This document shows, piece after piece, positions 55,442 through 64,000 of a stretch of DNA of 64,000 nt; the stretch's first letter is position 1, and every line of letters starts with the position of its first letter. The position numbers were made by a program, and so were the translations under genes. Source of the DNA: the human T2T-CHM13v2.0 reference genome, Homo sapiens; the NCBI RefSeq assembly GCF_009914755.1, contig NC_060926.1, one strand, 5' to 3'. The notes beneath the pieces are model-generated. The model was given only the letters and a program-made list of their open reading frames with translations, was not told the origin of the DNA and made no database searches.

Positions 55442-58049
55442 TTAACATTTAGGCATAAATTAAATTCTCTCCACGAAGTGCATGCTTCCTGTTGCCCAGG
55501 CCAACAGCCTTCTGGCCATTTGAGGAAAAAGGACTGATGTCACCTCTGGGCCTTCTGCAGCAGCAGCAGAGTGGGGACCAACCTAAGTGGTGATGGGAAA
55601 ACAGGACCTGGTTTTATATCCACTCATGCACAAAATTCCCCCTGTACATGCCAGATGAGGTCAGCTTAGATTCTGTACTTTGTCTGAGACTGTGCACTTG
55701 GATTGGCAGAGGCTAGCTTGATGGTTCTTATTGCCTATGTGTCTGAAACTAGGCCAGGGTTAAGATGCCCAATGGCCCTGGCGTGGGTATACATCACTAT
55801 AAGTCACTTCATTAATGGTAGTGCTGCCATCTCCCTGTCTCTCACCTCACAGTTATGAAGCATCTTCATGTAGCATCCAATGGGAGAACTCTGTGGAGAC
55901 TCCACCAGCTGGAATGTGATCCTTTTGAGTAAGGCCCACTATGGGGGTGTTGGAAAGATGCTGGGACCAATTGAGAGAAGTAAGTTGATGAAAATGGTCC
56001 TATCACACACAAGGCAGCTTGAGGAAAGAATCTGGCATGAAGGTGCACCCCAGTCGAGTGGTCTGAACTTGTGTTAAGATACAAGACATGGGAGGGAGTG
56101 AAGAGCAGAAGCAAAGTCCCACTGGTGGCCACAGCAATTGAGACCAAATAGTACCGGAAGAGCATGACGGAGAGCCACAGCGAGGCACAGGCAGATTGTG
56201 GGGATTCTGTCACAGAGGATGGCATGGAAATTTTGTAGAGTCCCCAGACAGGAACTGAGATACAAAAGTTACAAAGAGAGAAAATAATTGACATTTTTTG
56301 TGTTATGCTTTACTCATCATCCTTTTTCTCTTTGAAAGCTTGTTTAAAAACCAAAAGTCACTTTGCAAAGAAAAAAAAAATGATACCCATAGGTCTGGCA
56401 GACCTAGAATATAACTTTGTCTTCTTTGAGGGACTGCAGTGCTTCCTCATTTCTAGTAAGACAGGAGTGCAACTTACTGTGTTCTCTTTGTCTTGGCTGC
56501 CAGGAAGCTGAGCTAAATATGAAATATGAAGACAGTCCTGTAGGGCATACAGTTCAGTGGGGGCAGAGACAAGGAAACAACTGCAAAGCGGTGAGACAGG
56601 TGCTGTGATGATGAGAACAGCTATGGGAGTCCCAGATGGTGCCTAAGAGGAATTCTGGCCCCACCACCCCTGTTCCCATCACTGCCATTCACCTTCTTTA
56701 AGATCTAGGTGCAGATGTTCTTGAGGGGGCCCCAGACTCGCTGTCTTTCTCACAGTGATTTTCCTGCACATTGTATCTACTTTTTTGGAGAAACAGAAGG
56801 CTTTATACTATGTATATACCCTCTGCATGAAGGAATTAAATGGAAAGTCTTTATGATCTGGCCCTTCTTACCTGCCCACCTCTCTCTTGCCACCTTCCCT
56901 TCTCCTGCTGCACACTGGAGACTTCAGCCACATCCTCCCTTCTGTAGCTTCCAGCTCTTTCTCATCTGCCTGGAGCCCTCTCTCCATCTGGGTCTCCCTT
57001 ACCACCACCAGTTCCTACCCATGCTTTGGTCACAATGTAAACATCTTGTCCACGGGGAGTCTCTAGGTCTTCTGATCACTGGAGAGAGAGTATAAAAATC
57101 CTTTCCCAGGCCATTTAAACAGAGAAGTTTACAGCTCTCAATACTATGGACTTCCTTTTAGATAAGAGCCATGAACATTTCTGAACATGCATATATGAGT
57201 CAACCCCACAAGTAACTGATCCTTTGGCTTTTGAACAAAATGAGTTGTTCTTAATACGGTATGTAACACCAGCACTCTAGGCCCTCACTGGGGAGAATAA
57301 CCTCAGATTGCCCAAAGAAAGGGGCTAAATTGTCCATTGACTCTTCTTGATAAAAATTGTGAAAGAAAGGAGGACGTGTGATATAGGAAAGTGTGCATGA
57401 GCTTGGGACTCTGCTTTAAGCAGTAGTGAATCTGGGGCAAGTTGCTTAGCTTCTACAAATGAGAGAGTAACACATATGCTGAGAGGAAGAAAATATTTCA
57501 TGCGTATGACATATATTAGGTGCTCAGCAAACATCTCTTTCCTTTCTTTATAGGCAGTCTCATTTCCAACCTCAGATCAGACTAGAAGCTGTACTTGGAT
57601 TACATTATCTTGCTACCCTCGCAGAATAGGGCTCACTGAGTTGTCTTTTAATGTTATATCTTCAGTTTATAGCTTCCCTGCAAGTAATGATTTCATGAAA
57701 TCTGCTCCTAATTGTACTGGAAAAATGAGAATGAAGAATGGAGAACGCCAGCAACTTCTATGTATAACTCTATGTGAGAAAGTTGCTTGGGAATTCAGTG
57801 CTCAGAAAATAACTTTGTCTTCTTTGAGGGACTGCAGTGCTTCCTCCTTTCTAGTAAGACAGGAGTGCAACTTACTGTGTTCTCCTCTTTGTCTTGGCTG
57901 CCAGGAAGCAGAGCTAAATTTGAAGCTGAGTCACAACTTCTAACGCCCATTTGATTAGCATACTTTTAGTCTTTGTCTTTGATCAGAGTTTATGTGTTCA
58001 TTGCAAATAATTTCCATACTTTAAAAAATGTTATTATTTAAAAATATAG

Positions 58050-58262
<213 letters not shown>

Positions 58263-58849
58263 TAAAGTAAAACGCAATTCCATGACCACTCATATTCTTT
58301 ACCTAGAGTTACATAAAATTATGCAATCTTCAGTACATTCAGACCAGTCATTTCATTTCATGCACTCATTGAGTCACTCATCATAAAACATGTATTTGCT
58401 CACTTGTATGTGAGAGGTACTTAAGCAGCATTGCCCTGCTGTGCCTCTCATGCTGCAAGCACCCCTCACCACCCCTCCACCTTTCTAAAAGTGATGCTCA
58501 ACTTTGCTACTACCATCTATTCTCCTTAAGCTGTGACTGACTAAGGTGACAGCTGCCGCACTGTCTCCTTTCCACGCCGTACTATCCATCCACCCCCAAA
58601 ATATGCACACATGGATCTCAGCTCTGGATGGGGCTGCGATACCCCACTGCTGGAATTTTGGCCTATGGTGGCTGAACCATTTGCTTCCTTGTTGGTTTGG
58701 AGTTTCAAAGTGAAAGAGGAAGCAGTAAGATATAGAGTTCCTGAGTGTGATGTGAATACTTTTTAATATTTTAAAATAATTTTATAAAGTTGACAAAAAG
58801 AATTTTCTGACAAAGTGTAAACTAACCATAATGGAATGAGCCAGCTATC

Positions 58850-59090
58850 ATACAGTGGTTAAAAAGCTGGCTTTGGGGCCAGAATGCCTGAATTTGAATC
58901 CCAGTATCATCGATCGGTCACTGTGTGACGTTGGACCTCAGGTTTTCCAACTGTAAAATGAGTGCAATCCTAGTGCTAACTCATGCAGTTATTGTGAGGG
59001 TAAGAGAAGATGATCTATGTCAAACTTTAGCATAAGAGCTGGTGTCTAGTAAGTGCTTCATAAACACTAGTAATTATCATTATTGTTATG
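58850..59090. mobile_element. MIR
   Basis: tttgaatccca...ctgtgtgac...cctcaggttttcc...ctgtaaaatg core. Confidence 0.7.
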
Positions 59091-62000
59091 GACATTAGCT
59101 ATAATGGAGATCTGATATCAGCTCCTTTGAATCAAGTCATTGGTGAAAACCACAGCCAGCAGTGCCAAGGTTTTGTTTGTCTTGATTAGGTTTAGTTCTT
59201 CATTCTTTTCTTTAGACATATGGTCTTTACAGCATCTGCAGATATCTCCTTTCCTGCCCAGTGTCTGCTCCTGGCTCACAGCACACATGCTGATCTGCAG
59301 TTGACTGGTTATGTTCTGCTTCTTACTCTTTATGCTTCCAAATGCCATGTACTCACTTCCTTCTCAATTTGCATGAATTGTGTCAATTTTGTCTGCATGG
59401 CTATTCTTGTTTTCTTCCTTTTTGCTTTGTTTTGTTTGTCTATTTTTGCCAGTTATTTTCCAAATAAGTAAAATGCCTGAGTTGTGACTTTCTAATAAGG
59501 ATAATGATCGCTTCTGGTAAGTTTCCTGCAGAATTCCTGCTGTAGAAATGTCATTGTCTCTGTGCTATGACAGGAGCAGTTCCTCAAACTTTCCTTGCTT
59601 TGGGTAGGCAAAGAGTGACTCTGGGTTGTTTGCTGTGTGGAAGACCCTCCTCCATGACTTAGTGCTTCCTCCTCCAGAGCTGCCCACCATCTCCTACTGT
59701 CATGCGTACCTCTGGCCACTGAAGTGAGGTTGGAAGTTGTTAGTGTGGGCTTCAGGGGCTCAGTGTTTAACTGCTTGTGATCACTTACACAAGTGGGTTA
59801 CAGCATTGCTGTGGGTTACAGCAATGGCAGAGCAGTTTTTCCTATTAGCTCTAAGAGTCCTGTACCTGGCCTACCATTCTCTTTCAGATCATTATTTGTA
59901 GATATAATTGTGGGGGAAGAGCAGGACCTTCAAAATGAGGCTCCCGCCTTTCTTGTCCTCAATTCTGCTGTTGCTACCCAAAGATTCTTGTGCATGCATT
60001 CTTCCTCTTTGACTGTCATTCTGCATTTGATTCCATGCACCTGGTCATTCAGAAGCCAGAAATCCACTTTATTAGTGAGTGAGGAATCTCCTTATGCAGA
60101 CATCTCAGAGTAAAAATGATAGCAGATGTAGAGTTGTCACCTCCAGTCCATTCTCAGCCCAGCCCTTGTGCTCTGTCCTGAGACCAATCTGTTTGATCTT
60201 GATTTTGGCACTGATCTTCTTCCTGTGAGCGTTCCTCATTCTCTTTCCCAGGTAGAGTGACAGCTGGCCTGATTTGTCTGGGACTCAGGGGGCTCGTGGG
60301 ACATGGAACTCAGTGTGAAAACCAGGAAAGTAACCCTAGAATCAGGTCGCTAGGCCCAGGGAAACAAAGCTGTAATTGTGTTAGGTGCTTTGTATGTTTC
60401 TTGAATTGAATTTCCTGAGAAGCCACACAATTTATGGCAAAAATTGATTTAGGAGAAAATATCTTTAAACCTGGAGTCATTATTCTTTCTTTTTAGTACT
60501 CATGGTTAGAAATCCTTCCAAATTCATTTTTCAGCCTCCTTGAAACTGTCATGCTAGCTTCCTCCATCTGTTTTTATGAAATCTTTTAGTCTTGCTCACA
60601 TTTTCTCCAGAAAGATCGGGAGCCACATCTGTCAGTGTATTGCAAGGTACTTCTTTCTAAAATCACACAAAAATTCCTACCCTTGTGGGTCCTATATCTG
60701 GCCCGTAAGTTTGCTATTCTGCTTTCTGGATATATATATATTTTTTCCAACTCTATCTCTCCCTCCCCATTACCAGGGCCACCACCCAGCTTGTCCTGGG
60801 AAGGCTTCCTGAATTACCCAGGTACAATTAGTCCCTCTCCCTTCTGCGAGATTGTACCGTTTTGCTCATTTTTCTTCTATTCTGATTGACACATATTTAT
60901 TGGACACCTACTATGTGCTGGACACTTTACTAGGCTCAGAATTAAGAAGATGAAAAAGATTAAGATTCTGACAGTCTCATTAGAGACACTCTGAGGAAGC
61001 AGGGCTCTCCCACTAAAGGGAATTAGACATAGGCAGTGTGACTGTGACTGTGACATTTAAAAAGCTGACACAGGGTTTGTTCTGTAACAAAAGCTTTTCT
61101 TGCCCCACTTGAGCCATAGCCCCTAGATATCTACAAGGGGCAAGTTTTTACATGTTCATTCAAGTCTATATGCTCCTTCCAAAAAGCCACAAATCAAGCT
61201 TCTAATGCCACATTGTTATTCTGATTTAGAGCCAGTAGAGAGTGCCCGCGGACAATGCAGTTGCATTTCCACCAATAAATGTGGTCTATTTTCATTATTT
61301 CTCCCCAGAAAACCCTGGATTTAACCAGTTTTCTGGCCAGCACAAAATTATCCCAATCTCATTCTTCTGTGGCCTGAAATGCCCAGCATGGTAATGAAAG
61401 TGATTGATAATGTAGTCAACCTTGTGTCTTCACAGATAAAAAATAAGATTCCAGATAAAAATCACTTCCTGAAAGAAAAACAAAAAAGGACACTTGACTT
61501 AACTACGAAGACATACCTGAATGTAGTAGGCAGTCTTTGAGAATGAGGCCCCTAAAGGCAGATGAGCCTGGGTTTGATTTCCAGCTCAACCTTTTCTCAC
61601 TTCTTTGACTTTGGGCAAGTCACTTTAATGTCTCTGTGTCTCAGTTTTCTCATCTGAAAAATGGGGCCGGTAGTTCCACCTCCTTTGCAGAGCTGTTAGG
61701 TAATACTTCCTCCAACCAGCTCAGCCACTCATAGTCATAAATAAACCATGTCACCTCCTACAATTGTACCACCTCTGAAATCTCACTTTCAGACTTCCCA
61801 CTCTGTGCCCACCACATCCTATGTGCCCAGCTCACCCACTCCAGCAATTCTCTGACATTACCTCAGTGAGCCACCATTCCATTGGTCCCACCATTTTTTC
61901 ACTATCAGTCACCCCATTAGGTCCTCCTTACCATAGATTCATAACTAGCATTAAATCTACTACTGAATATGCACCCTTAAATTCTCTGGCCATTTTTCCT

Positions 62001-62184
62001 CATCATAACCCCTAACCCTATTTAAACCTAATAATCCACCTTCTTAGTGCCTGTAACTGGACAGCTGAACATCACTGGAGAAGATCACCCCTGAGCTGCC
62101 TGGATTCACTTTGAGTTTGTGACCAGTCATTTGAGGTGGGCACTCAACAGAGCCAGACAAACTTACTACGTCTACTGTCTTAAG

Positions 62185-62592
62185 AGTCCACTAGTGCTGC
62201 TGTAACTAAATAGCTGAGACTGGATAATTTATACAGAACAGACATTTATTTATTACAGTTCTGGAGGCTGGCAAGTCCAAGATCAAGGTGCTTTCAAGAT
62301 CCATGTCTGGTGAAGGCTCATTCTTTGTAGATGATGCTGACTTGGTGGTCTCACACGGCAGAAAGGGATGGGAGGGCAAAAGGGAGGAGTGCCGTGACCT
62401 CACATTATGGAAGAGCAGAAGAGGGTGAACCCACTCCTTCAAGCCCTTTTACGAGGATCTTAATACCATCCATCAGAGCAGAGCTGTCATGACCTAATCA
62501 CCTCCCAAGGGCCATACCTCTTAATACTGTTGCATTGGAGATGAAGTTTCAACATGAATTTTGGAGGGGACACCATCATTTAAACTATAGCA
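62185..62592. mobile_element. MLT1A/B-like MaLR LTR
   Basis: tacagttctggaggctggcaagtccaagatcaagg...tttcaacatgaattttggagggg. Confidence 0.8.
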
Positions 62593-63203
62593 CATAGCTA
62601 GTAAATTCACTTTCATTTTCCCCAAAGCTTTTATGCCTACTTTTTAATTTTCTCCTCAAGGTCTTAACACTTCCTTCTGCCGTCACTCTCACTGATAACA
62701 TTCATAGAGAAAAATATGTACAACTAAGTGAGAATTACTCAATTTTCCTACCACCAAAAGTTTTCGTCTACCCACATCTTTATCTCCATTGCTGCCCATA
62801 GGCCTGGACAACAGGGGCCTCCATTGGAAACATGTATTTTAGAGGGTCCTGCTCTTTTCTTGCTCCATCTGTACTCCTTCCTCCTCACAGGGCAAGGAGT
62901 CTGGTCAAGCGGACATGCCCACCTAGACCCTGTGCCCTGCCTGCCTTCTAGACCATCTGAGATTGTGAAATTCCCTACGCAGATGGCCAGGAGCTGCAAG
63001 AATGTTTTCTAGGTCCTCCCAGTGGTTTTTCTGCAGACGGTTGATTGCAGAGAGGCCCAGAACAAAGTTCGGATGTCTGGGCTGGGGTGTCCACATTCAT
63101 GTGTGTAAGGCCCCTGACTGTGAAAAATGGAAATGGAGATGGAGGGAGAAGGGGCATGGGCATGGGTTTAAAGACAGGGACCACCCCCCCCCCCATCCCC
63201 ACA

Positions 63204-63572
<369 letters not shown>

Positions 63573-64000
63573 TCACTCATCAGTCAGCCCAATTAAGCAT
63601 CTGTCCTCGTCTTACTCAACTGTCCTGCAGCATTTGACACAATCAGGCATTTTCTCCTTGAAAAAAAATTTTTTAGACTTCCTTGACACTGTGCCCCCTG
63701 GCTTTCCCTTACCTCATTAGTTACTCTTCCTGAGTCTGCTTTCATGAAGTCTCCTTCTCTACCAGATCTCTTAACAATGAAGTGTCCCAAGCAGGACTGG
63801 CCACATCATTCGTGGAGCCTAGTACAAAATGAAAATGTGGGGTCCCTTGATCAAAAATTATTAAGAATTTCAACATAGTGACAGCAAAGCATTACACCAA
63901 GTGCAGGGACCATCTAAGCATGGAGTGCTGTATGACTGTACAGGTTTTCTGTGAAGCTGGCTCCGGTCCCAGGGCTCAGTCCCCCGTCCTCTTCCGTTTA

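Noticed and set aside
55866-56294. 142-aa minus-strand ORF in ARHGAP25 intron 1
   Set aside because: No recognisable domain or splice context; length compatible with chance.

Overview
Human/primate genomic DNA, rich in Alu, L1, LTR, MIR/L2 and MER elements; not microbial. The only intact coding sequence I recognise is the first coding exon of ARHGAP25 (51659-51719, MSLKLPRNWDFNLKVEAAKI, phase-1 donor), followed by about 12 kb of intron 1. The main observation lies in the unique sequence upstream. Hand translation shows what look like three tandem, plus-strand, intron-containing, heavily decayed copies of a CLN3/battenin (BTN1)-like membrane-protein gene: A ~6.9-12.0 kb, B ~26.1-32.8 kb, C ~34.4-48.7 kb. 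In each copy, CLN3-like motifs appear in the correct N-to-C order, mostly next to splice signals, and are broken by stops, frameshifts and TE insertions. The matches are by eye against the remembered human CLN3 sequence and need HMM confirmation. Also notable: an 866-bp TSD-flanked retro-insertion of an AluY plus about 450 bp of transduced polyadenylated sequence, a foreign insert inside that Alu, and several local templated duplications and inversions. Repeat subfamily names and most repeat boundaries are approximate.
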